DNA of 62,290 nucleotides, the filler included, from Sandaracinaceae bacterium (lineage in GTDB: Bacteria > Myxococcota_A > Polyangia > Polyangiales > JADJQN01): assembly GCA_947483975.1 (NCBI GenBank). It is 12 parts of 12 records of this genome, joined end to end, with 100 filler letters (N's around TTAATTAATTAA, not from the genome) between each part and the next. Parts side by side here need not be neighbours in the genome. Positions count along the whole stretch, not along the records: positions 31,525 to 36,625 come from CANKOL010000376.1; positions 36,726 to 41,803 come from CANKOL010000377.1; 10 more parts are not named here. One strand, given 5' to 3'. Of this stretch, positions 31,525-41,903 are shown one piece after another. The translations under genes were made by a program, and so were the position numbers. Every line of letters begins with the position of its first letter. Positions within the stretch are counted from its first letter, which is position 1. The notes beneath the pieces were generated by a model. It did not search any database. It saw only the letters and a list, made by a program, of their open reading frames with translations, and was not told the origin of the DNA.

Positions 31525-32775
31525 CACGCGCACCGCGCGCTTGCGCCCCGCGGCGGTCATGCGCGGCCAGGCGGCGGTCGTCGGCCCGAGCGCGGCGCTG
31601 CCGAGGCGCGCGAGCAGATCGGCCGCAGGGCCTGCATCCTCTCCGTCTCCGACCAGCGCGCGAACGACGCGCTCGACGCCCCCTTCGAAGTCGAGATCCG
31701 TATAAAGCTCGAGCCCCGCGAGCGCCGTGCGCGTCGCGGCGTCCTGTGCGCCGACGGGCAGGTACGCCTCGTCGAGCACGACCGACACGCACGTCCAGGC
31801 GAGCGGTTCGCGCGGCACGACCCAGTAGCGCTGCCCGGGGTGTAGCAGCGCGTCCTCGGGCAGCGTGACCCGGAGTCGCGCGCCCGCGTCGCCGACCAGC
31901 CAGAGCACCTTGGGCCGACCGAGGTGCGCCGCCGTCGCGTCGACGGGCGAGGGCGTCACGGCGAACGCGCGGACCGCGAGCCCTGACGCCACCCGCTGCG
32001 CGCTCACGAACTCGCCCCGCCCAGAACCGCCGCGCCCCTCGGCCCAGTAGCCCTCCTCGGGACGCTCCAGCGTGCGCGGGGCGCCGACGGCGGAGACGTC
32101 TTCCCCCGCGCCGTCTTGGCTCGACGCGCCGACGAAGCGCAGCCCCGCCACGAGCGGCGCGCCCTGCGGTCCGGGCGACGTCGGCGTCGCGACGATCTCC
32201 TGCTGCAGCCCCGCGGTCGGCACCTGAAAGAGCACGACCGCGCGCAGCGTCTGCGTCTGCGGATCGACGGCGCGCGGAAACAGGAGCGTGCGTTCTGTCC
32301 CGCAAATCCGGGCGTTTTCTGCGACTGTCCCGACGATCACGTCGAGCGCGCCATCCCCCGTGCGGTCAGCGACGTCGACGACGGTAGCGCTCCGCTCGCC
32401 GGGATCGCCGTGCAGATCCGTGCGCCCGCTCCACAACACGCGCGGCCTACCCCCCGGCTGTGCGACCAGCGCCGCTGCCTCGCGCCCGTCGCCGCGCGCG
32501 CGCACGACGACGACGACCGTGCCGCCAGCCAGCGTCACCTCCTCGACCGTGGCGTCCGTCGCGCTCTCGAGCGGCAGCGCCGCGTCGATCGAGCCGATCC
32601 GCACGTGCACCGCTCCGTCGCGCGCCTCGACCCGGAGCGCCTGCGCCCGCGCCGGGCGGCCGAGCTGCACGCTGCGCGCGAGGGGCAACGGTTCGGCGCG
32701 CACCGCGGTCGCCACGGACAGCGTCGCGAACGAAAGGGTGCAGCCGACCAGACCGAGCGTGACGAACTTCCGCAT
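31525..32775 (-). CDS. Secreted protein, probably HEAT-repeat-containing, 3'-truncated
   Basis: True start MRKFVTLGLVG...VRA-E signal peptide within the long 31477..34938 ORF; helical repeats begin at the contig edge. Confidence 0.72.
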
Positions 32776-33009
32776 GTCGTGGCCTCGAGAAAGCGCGAGC
32801 GTGGCACGGTCGTCGCGCAGCGCGAAGCGCCGGCGACTCAGGTCGCCACCTAGCGCGTTCCCGGCCAGCGGACACGGCAGAACTGAAATGGCGCGTCCCA
32901 TCCGCGCCACATACGGAACGTCGAATGAGCTAAGGGGTTGACAATTTGCGGTGCGCAGTCGATACCGCTGCCCCTGTCGAGACCGGACCAGGAGCCCCAT
33001 AGGACTGCC

Positions 33010-34980
33010 ATGCACGTGCCCAAGGCCAGCCGGGCGACCTCCGCGAAGTCGAAGAAGTCGGACCCCAACGTCAAACCCGGGGAGTCCCGCGATCGTCGAC
33101 CCGTCGGTGGCACGCCCCGTGCTCCCGTGAAAGGCGTGAAGACCACTGTAGCGCGTGCGCCCGCCGGGCGTACCAATGCAGCGGCCGCCACGACCACCCA
33201 AGCCAAGGCTCCGGCCAAGGCCCCCACGGGCAAGAATTCGCCCTCGCAGCCTGCGCCCAAGTCGACCGCATCGAAGGCGGCGAAGCCCGCACCGAAGCCG
33301 ACCGCCCCCAAGGCGTCCCCGGCAGTTCCCCAGACGACCACCAAAGTTCCCGAGATGCGCGCCTCGAGCACGCCCCCCGGGAAGAACAGTGGTCCGCCGC
33401 GTGTCTCCTCTCAGCGCCCCATCGTGGGAATGAAGAGCGCGCGACCCGCAATCGGTGCCAAGGCAAGCATGGGCGGCGAGTCCGAGTCGAAGCAGCACGG
33501 GAGACAGCCCATGGTCAAGCAGCAAGCAGTAGGCATTTCGGCCAGACCACAGCAGAGCGCGACGGGCAAGCCAGCGCTTACCGGTCGGCCCCAGCCTGTC
33601 GCTGCGTCCGGGAAGTCCCAGGCAGGCGCCTCGTCGAAGGCGCAAGCGAGCAAGCGCCCCGCCGGCAAGGCGGAGACGGACGAGAAGGAAGAGCGCGAGG
33701 AGGAGTCCGAAGAGGGCTCCAACGAGAACGAGCCTTCCAAGGAAGACCTCGCTGAGGCGCAGGCCGAAGCCGAGAAGGCGCTCAAGGAGATGGAGCGGCA
33801 GGGCGGGGGAGACTCCACGCTGAGCCGTTACTTCCGCGAGATGGCCAACCACCGCGTGCTGCAACCGCACGAGGAGGTCGAGGCCGCCAAGGAGGTCGAG
33901 CGCCTGGAGATCGGCTACTGGGAGGCGCTCCTCTCGTATCCGCCCGCGCTCGAGACGGTCGCGCAGGTCCTCGACAAGCACCTCGAGGTGCCGATCCCGG
34001 ACGTCGCGACCCTCCGCAAGCTGGCCAAGCCGCTCAAGACGGCGACCGCCAAGCCCTCGAAGGCCGTGCAGCAAAAGTGGGACGAGACCGTGAAGATCGT
34101 CTCGACGCAGCTCCGCGTCGTCGACTCCGACCGCATCTTCGTCAACCAGAGCGACAAGGCCGTCCATCGCCTCGCGGGGCTGCTCTCGGAAGAGCGCGAC
34201 ATCCTCGGTGACGAGGTCCGGATGGTGCCGGCCTTCAAGAAGTTCCTCAGCCTGGTCGAGGGGGCGCGCCGCGCTCAGCAGCGCGCGAAGAACCGCTTCG
34301 TCTCGGCGAACCTCCGCCTCGTCGTCAGCATCGCGCGCCGCTACAACCGCGGCCGCCTGCCGCTGATCGACCTCATCCAAGAGGGCAACATCGGCCTGAT
34401 GAAGGCCGTCGAGCGCTTCGACCACAACCGCGGCTACCGCTTCTCGACGTACGCGTCGTGGTGGATCCGCCACGCCATCAGCCGCGCGCTCGCCGACAAG
34501 GGCCGCGCGGTCCGCATCCCCGTCCACATGCTCGACACGTACAACCGTGTCGCGCGCGCCACGCAGGCCATCGCGACCCGCACCGGCGCCGAGCCCTCGC
34601 CCGAGGAGCTCGAGAAGGAGACGGGCATCGCCGCCGAGAAGCTCGAGAAGATCAAGGGCTACTGGGCCGAGACCCCGTTCTCGCTCGACCGCCCCGTCAA
34701 CGACGAGGACGGCCGCAAGTTCATCGACTTCCTCGAGCAGGAGGGCGTCCCGACGCCCTACGAGAACCTCGTCTCGCAGACGTGGAACGACGAGGTCCGT
34801 CGCCTCCTCGAGACGCTCTCCCCGATGGAGGCGCGCATCCTGCGCTGGCGCTTCGGCCTCGACGACGAGGACGAGCTCACGCTCAAGGAGATCGGCGACA
34901 AGTACAACCTGTCGCGCGAGCGCATCCGGCAGCTGCAAGAGCAGGCGCTCGCCAAGATCCGTCGGCAGATCAAGGAGTAG
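33010..34980 (+). CDS. RpoD/SigA-family sigma-70 factor with long low-complexity N-terminus
   Basis: Region 1.2 [64 protein letters not shown]...[12 protein letters not shown] before ATG 33010. Confidence 0.93.
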   Translation: MHVPKASRATSAKSKKSDPNVKPGESRDRRPVGGTPRAPVKGVKTTVARAPAGRTNAAAATTTQAKAPAKAPTGKNSPSQPAPKSTASKAAKPAPKPTAPKASPAVPQTTTKVPEMRASSTPPGKNSGPPRVSSQRPIVGMKSARPAIGAKASMGGESESKQHGRQPMVKQQAVGISARPQQSATGKPALTGRPQPVAASGKSQAGASSKAQASKRPAGKAETDEKEEREEESEEGSNENEPSKEDLAEAQAEAEKALKEMERQGGGDSTLSRYFREMANHRVLQPHEEVEAAKEVERLEIGYWEALLSYPPALETVAQVLDKHLEVPIPDVATLRKLAKPLKTATAKPSKAVQQKWDETVKIVSTQLRVVDSDRIFVNQSDKAVHRLAGLLSEERDILGDEVRMVPAFKKFLSLVEGARRAQQRAKNRFVSANLRLVVSIARRYNRGRLPLIDLIQEGNIGLMKAVERFDHNRGYRFSTYASWWIRHAISRALADKGRAVRIPVHMLDTYNRVARATQAIATRTGAEPSPEELEKETGIAAEKLEKIKGYWAETPFSLDRPVNDEDGRKFIDFLEQEGVPTPYENLVSQTWNDEVRRLLETLSPMEARILRWRFGLDDEDELTLKEIGDKYNLSRERIRQLQEQALAKIRRQIKE

Positions 34981-35051
34981 AGCGTTCCGCTGGTCGGCAG
35001 ATCAAGGAATAGAGCGTTCCGCTGGTCGGCAGCTCAAGGAGTAGAGCGTTC
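34961..35051 (+). repeat. Tandem 32-bp repeat (about 2.8 copies) duplicating the sigma gene 3' end
   Basis: GTCGGCAGATCAAGGAGTAGAGCGTTCCGCTG at 34961, 34993 (1 mismatch) and 35025 (partial, 1 mismatch). Confidence 0.92.
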
Positions 35052-35119
35052 GGCGGGGGGGCTTCTCCTCCGCCCAAAGTTCCCCGCACGCCGCGACAGA
35101 GATGTCGCGGCGTTGCTGT

Positions 35120-36625
35120 TTAATCCTCCGCTGCCCCCGACGTCGCGGCTGCGGTGCCCGGCGGCTGATAGGTCGGGTGAAGCTGCGCGACCAGCGCCCG
35201 GACCGTCTCGTCGCAGAGCGTGCGCGCTGGCCCGTGCTTGCCGGCGACGCCGTTCGTCAGGACGCTGAAGGCGTAAGCCTCGTCGTTGGGCCCGAGCACG
35301 AAGCCTGAGAGCGCGATCGCGTTGTTGAGCGTGCCGGTCTTGGCGCGGACGACGCCGCGCGGCACATCGCGCAGGCGATTCGTGAGCGTGCCGTCGACGC
35401 CCGCGACCGCGAGCTGCGCCAGATATTCGCTGCGCAGGGCAGGGTCGCGGTAGACGTGGCTGAGGAGCTTCGTGAAGTGCGACGCAGCGACGAGGTTTCC
35501 GTCGAAGAGCCCCGACCCGTTCACGATCGTGGCGGCGCCGTGCGGCACCCCCGCGACCTCGAGCAAGGCGAGCGCGGCGGCCGCGCCATCGGCGGTGCGC
35601 CCCGGGCGATGGCGCTCGGCGCCGACGACCTTGAGGACCATCTCCGCGACGAAGTTGTCGGAGTCCTTGCCGAGCGCGCTGAGGATCTGCGAGAGCGGGG
35701 CGGAGCGATGCGAGGTGATGAGCGGAGCGTCCGGCGGAGTCGCCGCGACGCGGACGCGCACCGGAGCGCGGATGCCGAGCCTGCGCAGCGCCTCGACGAA
35801 CGCATGACCGGCGAACGGCACGGGATTCTCGACGCGCCGCCGGTACGAGACGCCGCGGATGCCGAGCGGCACGGTGCCGCGCACGCGCAGCGTGAGCGTG
35901 TCGCCCGCCCCGCGCTGATCGGCGATGACGTGCGGCTCGCCACCCGCCGTGGTCGTGACCTCGTTGGTCACGGTGAAGTAGCCGGCCGCCGCGAGGCGCA
36001 CCGTGGCAGCGTCGCCCTCGGCAGCGCCCGGCACGATGCGCAGATCGTAGGCGTTCTCATCGACGGCGAGGGCGGAGATGGGCGCGCGGAACGCTGCGAC
36101 CTCGTTGGGCTGCTGCTCGAACGACGGCGGCAGCACGTGGTCGTCGAAGTACGTCCCGTCGACGACGACCTCGTCGATGCGCCGCACGCCGCGGTCGACG
36201 AGCGCCTGCGCGAGCTCGACGAAGTCCGCGAGGCGCAGCGTCGGGTCTCCGCCGCCCTTCAGGTAGACGCCGCCGACGACCGCGTCGCCCTCGATCCGCC
36301 CGTACACGCCCGTCAGCATGCGGAAGTCCGCGCCGAGCGCGGTGAGCGCCGTCGCGGCCGTGATGAGCTTCTCGTTCGACGCGGGGTTGAGCGCGAGGTC
36401 CGGGTGATGCGCGAAGAGCACGCGCCCCGTGCGCGCGTCGACGACCGAGACGCCGACGCTGTCGCCGAGCGCGGCGCGCGTGACGAGGTCGCGGAGCGTG
36501 CGCTCGAGCGGCGCGGCGGGCGCGGCTGGGTGCGGGGCGTCCTGCGCGGCGGTGTGCGGCGAGCTGAGCGCCGCGAGCGCCGTGACGAGCAAGAGCGCGC
36601 GGAGCGCGGAGCGTGGCGAGCGGAC
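35120..36625 (-). CDS. dacB: D-Ala-D-Ala carboxypeptidase/endopeptidase (PBP4, peptidase S13); 5' end at contig edge
   Basis: PASNEK (SxxK), GGGDPTL, KDSDNF (SxN), NGSGL, AKTGTL. Confidence 0.93.
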   Translation of the reverse strand, partial: VRSPRSALRALLLVTALAALSSPHTAAQDAPHPAAPAAPLERTLRDLVTRAALGDSVGVSVVDARTGRVLFAHHPDLALNPASNEKLITAATALTALGADFRMLTGVYGRIEGDAVVGGVYLKGGGDPTLRLADFVELAQALVDRGVRRIDEVVVDGTYFDDHVLPPSFEQQPNEVAAFRAPISALAVDENAYDLRIVPGAAEGDAATVRLAAAGYFTVTNEVTTTAGGEPHVIADQRGAGDTLTLRVRGTVPLGIRGVSYRRRVENPVPFAGHAFVEALRRLGIRAPVRVRVAATPPDAPLITSHRSAPLSQILSALGKDSDNFVAEMVLKVVGAERHRPGRTADGAAAALALLEVAGVPHGAATIVNGSGLFDGNLVAASHFTKLLSHVYRDPALRSEYLAQLAVAGVDGTLTNRLRDVPRGVVRAKTGTLNNAIALSGFVLGPNDEAYAFSVLTNGVAGKHGPARTLCDETVRALVAQLHPTYQPPGTAAATSGAAED

Positions 36626-36725
36626 NNNNNNNNNNNNNNNNNNNNNNNNNNNNNNNNNNNNNNNNNNNNTTAATTAATTAANNNNNNNNNNNNNNNNNNN
36701 NNNNNNNNNNNNNNNNNNNNNNNNN
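36626..36725. other. Artificial contig linker
   Basis: N44-TTAATTAATTAA-N44. Confidence 0.99.
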
Positions 36726-36727
36726 CA

Positions 36728-36973
36728 GGCGAAGCCGCCGCCCCAACGCCGCCCGCCGCCGACGGCGCGCTCATCGTCGCGACTCCAGGCGGCTGGGCCG
36801 CCGTGTACGACGACGTCGGGCGCCTCCTCGGTCATACGCCGCTCGTGACGCGACTCCCCGCGGGCGACCACACTTTGTCACTCCGCCCCTTCGGCGAGCC
36901 GCCCGCGGTGTCGGTGAGCATCCGCATCCTCGAAGGCGACACCGTGCGCGTGAGCCACCCGCTGCAGGAGTGA
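36728..36973 (+). CDS. C-terminal PEGA-like domain of a truncated protein
   Basis: Not in ORF track. Manual translation: GALIVATPGGWAAVYDDVGRLLGHTPLVTRLPAGDHTLSLRPFG...VSHPLQE*. Confidence 0.65.
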   Translation, partial: GEAAAPTPPAADGALIVATPGGWAAVYDDVGRLLGHTPLVTRLPAGDHTLSLRPFGEPPAVSVSIRILEGDTVRVSHPLQE

Positions 36974-37042
36974 GCACCCATCCGCGCAGTCTCGCCTCCC
37001 GCCAACGTCGCCCCGCGCTGAACCCCTTATATTCATTGGCGG

Positions 37043-37124
37043 TGCGAGGAACGGGACTTGAACCCGTACGCCTTACGGCACTGGATCCTAAGTCCAGCGC
37101 GTCTGCCAGTTCCGCCATCCTCGC
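37043..37124 (-). tRNA. tRNA-Leu (anticodon TAG)
   Basis: GCGAGGA acceptor stem, TGGCGGAACTGGCAGACGC D-arm, CTGGA-CTTAGGA-TCCAG anticodon arm, long variable arm, GGTTCAAGTCC T-arm; followed by CCG rather than CCA. Confidence 0.96.
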
Positions 37125-37261
37125 GCAACGCAGGGGGCGTCGTGGCGCGCGCAGGCTCGCGCGTCAAGCGTCGCTGACGAGCGCTCGGCGATGAACGCGG
37201 AGCGCTGCGCAGGCAACGGTGCCCACCGTGGTGCGCGCTGCGCGGTGACTGACGGGGAAGA

Positions 37262-37291
37262 TTGACGGGGGAGCGCTCGGGTTCCTATCCT
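37262..37291 (+). promoter_or_regulatory. Putative sigma-70 promoter
   Basis: TTGACG-N18-TATCCT upstream of SD GAGGAG and ATG 37330. Confidence 0.45.
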
Positions 37292-37329
37292 GTCGGCCGC
37301 ACACGCAGGGTGTGTCGAGGAGACTTCGC

Positions 37330-38499
37330 ATGAATCGGTTCTTTCTCGCGGCTGCCGTAGCGCTGACGGTGACGCTCTCCGCTGGCACGGCGGCGGCTCA
37401 GTCGGACGCGGACCGCGAGCACGCGCGCAGTGAGTTCGACCGCGGCGTGGCGCTCTACGCGAGCGAGAATTTCCAAGGCGCGCTCGAGGCGTTCCAGGAG
37501 GCGTTTCGCCTTCGCCCGCACCCGACGGTGCGGCTGAACATGGCGAACTGCTACGACCACTTGAACCGCCCGATCGAGGCGATCTTCCACTACGAGCACT
37601 TCCTGACGGAGTCGGGGCGCGGCGCTCCGGCGGACCAGCGGCACGCGGTCGATGACTCGCTGCGCCGCCTCCGGGCGCGGGTCGGTTCGCTGACGCTGCG
37701 CATCGCCCCCGACGGCGCCACCGTGATCATCGACGAAGGCGACTCGCGCCGCTCGCCGATCCTCGACGCGGTCCAGCTGACGGCGGGGACGCATCGCCTC
37801 GAGACGCACCTCGCGGGCTACCGCACGGATCGCCGCGTCGTCGAAGTTCCGGGTGGCGGCACCGTCGAGGCGCAGATTCGCCTCGAGCGCGAGGGCGCGG
37901 CGGTGGTCGCGGTCACCCCTCCGCATCCGCCCGTGGACGTGGCCGTCCCGCCGGTCACGACGACGGTGGCGGTGACGCCTCCGGCGGCCGACCCGACGCC
38001 CCCCTCGGACCCGACGGCGGCGACCGCGCTCGAGCCTCCTCCCGACGGCAGTGGCGCCGTGCCGCCCCCCGTCGTCGACCCTGGCCCGTCGGACAGCCCT
38101 TCGACCGGCCTCGTCTTCGCGCAGACGACGATCATCGTCGGCGCCGCGTCGGGCGCGCTGCTGATCACGGCGATCATCACCGGCGCGATGGCCTCGAGCG
38201 CGAACTCGGAGTTCAACGATCTCAAGGCGCTCCTGGGCGAGCCGAGCTTGACCGTCGCGGAGGACGCCGCGATCCGCGCCAACGCGATCGACAAGGCGAA
38301 CCAAGCCAACTCGCTCGCCCTCGCGACGGACATCCTCGGCGCAGCGAGCCTCGTCGGCCTCGGCGTGACGGCCTATCTGTTCATCACCGACCAAGGTGGC
38401 TCGCGTGAGCGCGCGAGCGCGTCGCTCGGGCCGCGCTTCAGCGTCACCCCGGCTTTCTCACGCGATGGCGCGGGAGTCTCTGTGCACGGCTCGTTCTGA
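37330..38499 (+). CDS. TPR + PEGA domain secreted protein
   Basis: Signal peptide AAA-Q; AREFDRG-type TPR (FQEAFRLRPHPTVRLNMANCY); PEGA; Pro-rich linker; C-terminal GVSVHGSF. Confidence 0.85.
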   Translation: MNRFFLAAAVALTVTLSAGTAAAQSDADREHARSEFDRGVALYASENFQGALEAFQEAFRLRPHPTVRLNMANCYDHLNRPIEAIFHYEHFLTESGRGAPADQRHAVDDSLRRLRARVGSLTLRIAPDGATVIIDEGDSRRSPILDAVQLTAGTHRLETHLAGYRTDRRVVEVPGGGTVEAQIRLEREGAAVVAVTPPHPPVDVAVPPVTTTVAVTPPAADPTPPSDPTAATALEPPPDGSGAVPPPVVDPGPSDSPSTGLVFAQTTIIVGAASGALLITAIITGAMASSANSEFNDLKALLGEPSLTVAEDAAIRANAIDKANQANSLALATDILGAASLVGLGVTAYLFITDQGGSRERASASLGPRFSVTPAFSRDGAGVSVHGSF

Positions 38500-38543
38500 G
38501 GTCCCACGTTCGAGGCCGCGCGAGCGCGCGGAAGGTGTCCCCC

Positions 38544-40298
38544 ATGTCACTTCGCCGAGACTATTCGCCGCTCGCCATCCTGGTCGTCGCTGCGCTCACC
38601 GCGAGCTGCAGCGCCGCGGTCAACGCGGATCCGAACAGCCTCCCACCACCTCCGGGCTCCGACGGCGGGCGCACCGACGGCGGGCAGCGAGACGCCACGG
38701 TCCCGCCGACCGACGGCGGCGGGCTCTGCGTCGGCGGCTGTGACGACGGCGTCGAGTGCACGGCCGATGCTTGCGGCGCGAGCGGCTGCACGCACACGCC
38801 GAACGACGGCTTCTGCGAGGGCTCCGAGCGGTGCAGCGTGCTGATGGGCTGCATCGCGCAGCTCTGCGCGAGCGACGCCGCCTGCAGCGACGGGCTCTTC
38901 TGCAACGGCGTCGAGCGCTGCAACAGCGGCGCGGCGGGCGCCGATCCGGCGACGGGCTGCCTCCCCGGCACCGCGCCGCGCTGCTTCGACGACTTCAGCT
39001 GCACGACGGACTTCTGCGACGAAGGGTCGGACTCGTGCGTCTACGAGCCGAACGACGCCGCCTGCTCCGACGGGGTGAGCTGCACGATCGACGCCTGCGA
39101 TCCCGCAACCTCGACCGCCGCGAGCGGCTGCGTCGCGCGTACAGACAGCGGCCTCTGCGCGGGCGCGTGCGCGACCATCGGCCCGGCAGCCGCGGTTCGC
39201 CCCGGCGTCTGCGGCGCAGGCACCACCGGCTGCACGCTCGGCGCGCCGGTGCTCTGCGACGACGGCAACGCGTGCACGGTGGACACCTGCGACGCCAGCG
39301 CATGCGGCGCGCGTCCCGTCGACGCCGACAGTGACGGCTTCCTCCCGCAGTCGGTCGGCGGCACGGCGTGCGGCGGCGACGACTGCAACGACGGCAGCGG
39401 CGCCGTGCACCCCGGCGCGACGGAGCTCTGCAACAGCGTGGACGACAACTGCAACGGCACCGTCGACGAGGGCTGCACGACGAGCCTGCCGGACAACTGC
39501 GCGACCGCCGCGGCCCTGACCGCGAGCGGGGGCGGCGTCTTCACGGCGACCGGCTCCTTCGCCTCGCTTGCGGACGACTACGTCACGACCTGCGGAAGCG
39601 CGATGGGCGGCGTAGGCGGGCACGACGCCGTCTACTACTTCGACCTGACCGCTTTGAGCGATGTCGTCATCACCACGAACGGCGGCACGCTCGACACGGT
39701 GCTCGGCGTCGGCACCGAGTGCTCCGCGGCGGGCTTCGGTCTCGGCTGCGACGACGACATCACCTCGTCGAACACCTCGAGCCGGATCTTCCTCCACCGC
39801 TTCGGCCCCGGCTTCGGCACCGCGTCGCTGCGCGTCTACGTGCTCGTCGACGCGTACGGCGCCGGCGTCACAGGGGACTTTACCGTGACGGCGACGGTCA
39901 CCGCGGCGACCGCCGACTCCTGCACGGCGCCCATCAACATCACGGGCGGCGGCACGCTCGTCGGCGAGATCGGCTTCCCGATGGGCCCCGGAGGGCTGCA
40001 CGGCTCGTGTCAGCCGATGACCGATTGGATCGACCCGGAAGGGGTCGCCTCCTACACAGGCTCGGCCGACGGCACCGAGGGCTTTTACGCGCGCGCGGCC
40101 ACGTTCAACCCGACGCTCTACGTCCGCGAGGCCATGTGCTCGAGCGACGCCTCGGAGCGCGTGTGCGTGCTCGGCACGGTGGCGGGCAGCGGGGGAACCG
40201 CGACGCTCAACGCGATGACGGCGAGCACCACGACCGGCTATCTCTTCATCGACAACGGCGCGTCACGCGGGCGCTACTCGGTCGACTACACGCCGTGA
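38544..40298 (+). CDS. Cys-rich lipoprotein with a MopE-like putative metal-binding motif
   Basis: Lipobox LTASC; CDDG..CT.D.C repeats; DADSDGF...DCND...VHPGATELCNSVDDNCNGTVDEG; C-terminal beta domains. Confidence 0.82.
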   Translation: MSLRRDYSPLAILVVAALTASCSAAVNADPNSLPPPPGSDGGRTDGGQRDATVPPTDGGGLCVGGCDDGVECTADACGASGCTHTPNDGFCEGSERCSVLMGCIAQLCASDAACSDGLFCNGVERCNSGAAGADPATGCLPGTAPRCFDDFSCTTDFCDEGSDSCVYEPNDAACSDGVSCTIDACDPATSTAASGCVARTDSGLCAGACATIGPAAAVRPGVCGAGTTGCTLGAPVLCDDGNACTVDTCDASACGARPVDADSDGFLPQSVGGTACGGDDCNDGSGAVHPGATELCNSVDDNCNGTVDEGCTTSLPDNCATAAALTASGGGVFTATGSFASLADDYVTTCGSAMGGVGGHDAVYYFDLTALSDVVITTNGGTLDTVLGVGTECSAAGFGLGCDDDITSSNTSSRIFLHRFGPGFGTASLRVYVLVDAYGAGVTGDFTVTATVTAATADSCTAPINITGGGTLVGEIGFPMGPGGLHGSCQPMTDWIDPEGVASYTGSADGTEGFYARAATFNPTLYVREAMCSSDASERVCVLGTVAGSGGTATLNAMTASTTTGYLFIDNGASRGRYSVDYTP

Positions 40299-40455
40299 AG
40301 CGAGGGGCCCGTGTCGGCCGACCCGGGGCGTCCCGGGAAGGAGTCGACACGGCGGCCCAAGGTCCGTGATATCGTCGCGCCGGTTTTCGGCAGTACGAGT
40401 GAATCGACTGGGGGCTGACCCTGTCCGAGGCGCGCCTAGCGCAGGAGGAAAAAAC

Positions 40456-40947
40456 GTGAATTCAACTAAGTGGGCTCGGTGGGTCGGTGGGATGGGCGTC
40501 GCGATTCCGCTTCTCGCGTGCGCAGCGAGCGGCAGCTTCCACGTCGTGAGCCGGGAGCAGACCGGCGGTGAGCTGGCGCTCGAGGGCGACCAGACCAAGG
40601 CGATGGAGCAGGCGACGCTCGCGATGCAGCAGCACTGCGGCGGTCCCGGCAGCTACGCCGTCGTGCGCGAGGGGCAGGTCGCCGTCGGCCAGGTGACCCA
40701 GACGCAGGGTGCGGCGAACAGCGGCACCAACTACAACCGCAGCGGCTCGTCGACCGGCTCGTCGTACGGCGAGACGCAGACGACGCAGCAGCTCACCGAG
40801 TACCACATCTGGTACCAGTGCGGCGGCGCGCCGGCGGTCGTGGCTCAGCCGCAGGCTGCGCCGGTTCAGCAGGACCCGAACGCGCAGGCCGGCGGCAGCG
40901 TGCAGGTCCAGGTCCAGGGTGGCGCGGTCGTCGGACAGCCGCAGTGA
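40456..40947 (+). CDS. Small Gln/Ser/Thr-rich lipoprotein
   Basis: SD AGGAGG before GTG 40456; lipobox LLAC; followed by a terminator. Confidence 0.75.
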   Translation: MNSTKWARWVGGMGVAIPLLACAASGSFHVVSREQTGGELALEGDQTKAMEQATLAMQQHCGGPGSYAVVREGQVAVGQVTQTQGAANSGTNYNRSGSSTGSSYGETQTTQQLTEYHIWYQCGGAPAVVAQPQAAPVQQDPNAQAGGSVQVQVQGGAVVGQPQ

Positions 40948-40987
40948 CCCGCGGTCGGGCGAGCTGAACTCAGCTCGACTCGACGAC

Positions 40988-41029
40988 ACGAAAAGAGGCT
41001 CCGTGGGCAACCACGGAGCCTTTTCTCGT
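40988..41029. terminator. Probable bidirectional intrinsic terminator
   Basis: AAAAG-AGGCTCCGTGG-GCAA-CCACGGAGCCT-TTT between convergent genes. Confidence 0.85.
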
Positions 41030-41068
41030 TGCTAGGGCCCCTATCGCAGGGACCCGCGCCGCACGACT

Positions 41069-41803
41069 TCAGATGACGAAGTCGGCCGCTTCGAGGATCT
41101 CGACGATGCGGTAGAGGAACGTGTTCGCCGCGACGCCATCGACGATGCGGTGGTCGTAGCTCAGCGACATGAACATCACGGGACGCAGCGCGATCAGGTC
41201 CTCGCCGTCGTGCTCGACGACGACGGTGCGCTTCTGAATCTCGCCGATGCGCAGGATGCCCACGTTGGGCTGCGAGATGATCGCGCCGCCGTGCAGGTTG
41301 CCCTTGAGCCCCGGGTTCGAGACGGTGAACGTCTTGCCAGCGAGGTCGTCGGGCGTGAGCTTGCCGTCGCGCGACTTCTTGGCGAGCTCGTCGATCGCGC
41401 GAGCGAGCCCGCGCACCGTCAGCTCGTCGGCGTGCCGGACCACGGGCACGACGAGCCCGTCCGGCGTGTCGACGGCGATGCCGAGGTTGATCTCGCGGAG
41501 CAAGACGTAGGCGTCGTCGAGCATCCGCGCGTTGACGCCGCGGTTCTCTCGCAGCGAGCGCGCCACGGCCGCGCAGATGAACGAGAGGAACGTCAGGTTG
41601 ACGCCCTCCTTCTTCAGCGTCGCCTTGTGCTCGTCGCGGAGGCGATTGGTGCGGCGGAGGTCACACTCGGCGACCGTCACCACATGGGGCGACGTCAGCT
41701 TCGAGTAGACCATGTGGTCCGCGATGATCCGCCGACGACGCGTGAACTGAATGACCTCGTCGCCGGGCTTCGGCTGATACGCCGGCACCTGGAACGCGCG
41801 CGG
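41069..41803 (-). CDS. 2-oxoacid dehydrogenase E2 (dihydrolipoamide acyltransferase) catalytic domain, 5'-truncated
   Basis: RRIIADHM, INLGIAVDTPDGLVVPV, TFTVSNPG, IISQPNVGIL, LSYDHRIVDG. Confidence 0.93.
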   Translation of the reverse strand, partial: PRAFQVPAYQPKPGDEVIQFTRRRRIIADHMVYSKLTSPHVVTVAECDLRRTNRLRDEHKATLKKEGVNLTFLSFICAAVARSLRENRGVNARMLDDAYVLLREINLGIAVDTPDGLVVPVVRHADELTVRGLARAIDELAKKSRDGKLTPDDLAGKTFTVSNPGLKGNLHGGAIISQPNVGILRIGEIQKRTVVVEHDGEDLIALRPVMFMSLSYDHRIVDGVAANTFLYRIVEILEAADFVI

Positions 41804-41903
41804 NNNNNNNNNNNNNNNNNNNNNNNNNNNNNNNNNNNNNNNNNNNNTTAATTAATTAANNNNNNNNNNNNNNNNNNNNNNNNNNNNNNNNNNNNNNNNN
41901 NNN
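41804..41903. other. Artificial contig linker
   Basis: N44-TTAATTAATTAA-N44. Confidence 0.99.

Noticed and set aside
31477..34938. 1153-aa minus-strand ORF
   Set aside because: The first ~720 codons are the antisense shadow of the sigma gene plus intergenic DNA; only the part from ATG 32775 looks like a real protein.
34961..35051. 32-bp repeats as a CRISPR array
   Set aside because: Units are directly adjacent with no spacers, derive from the gene end, and no cas genes are present.
36771..37194. ORFs MAELADALDLGSS... and its antisense partner
   Set aside because: Translations of the tRNA-Leu gene.
40960..40977. Extra hairpin CGAGCTGA-AC-TCAGCTCG before the terminator
   Set aside because: Short, single copy in this window; not distinguishable from an ordinary 3' UTR stem.
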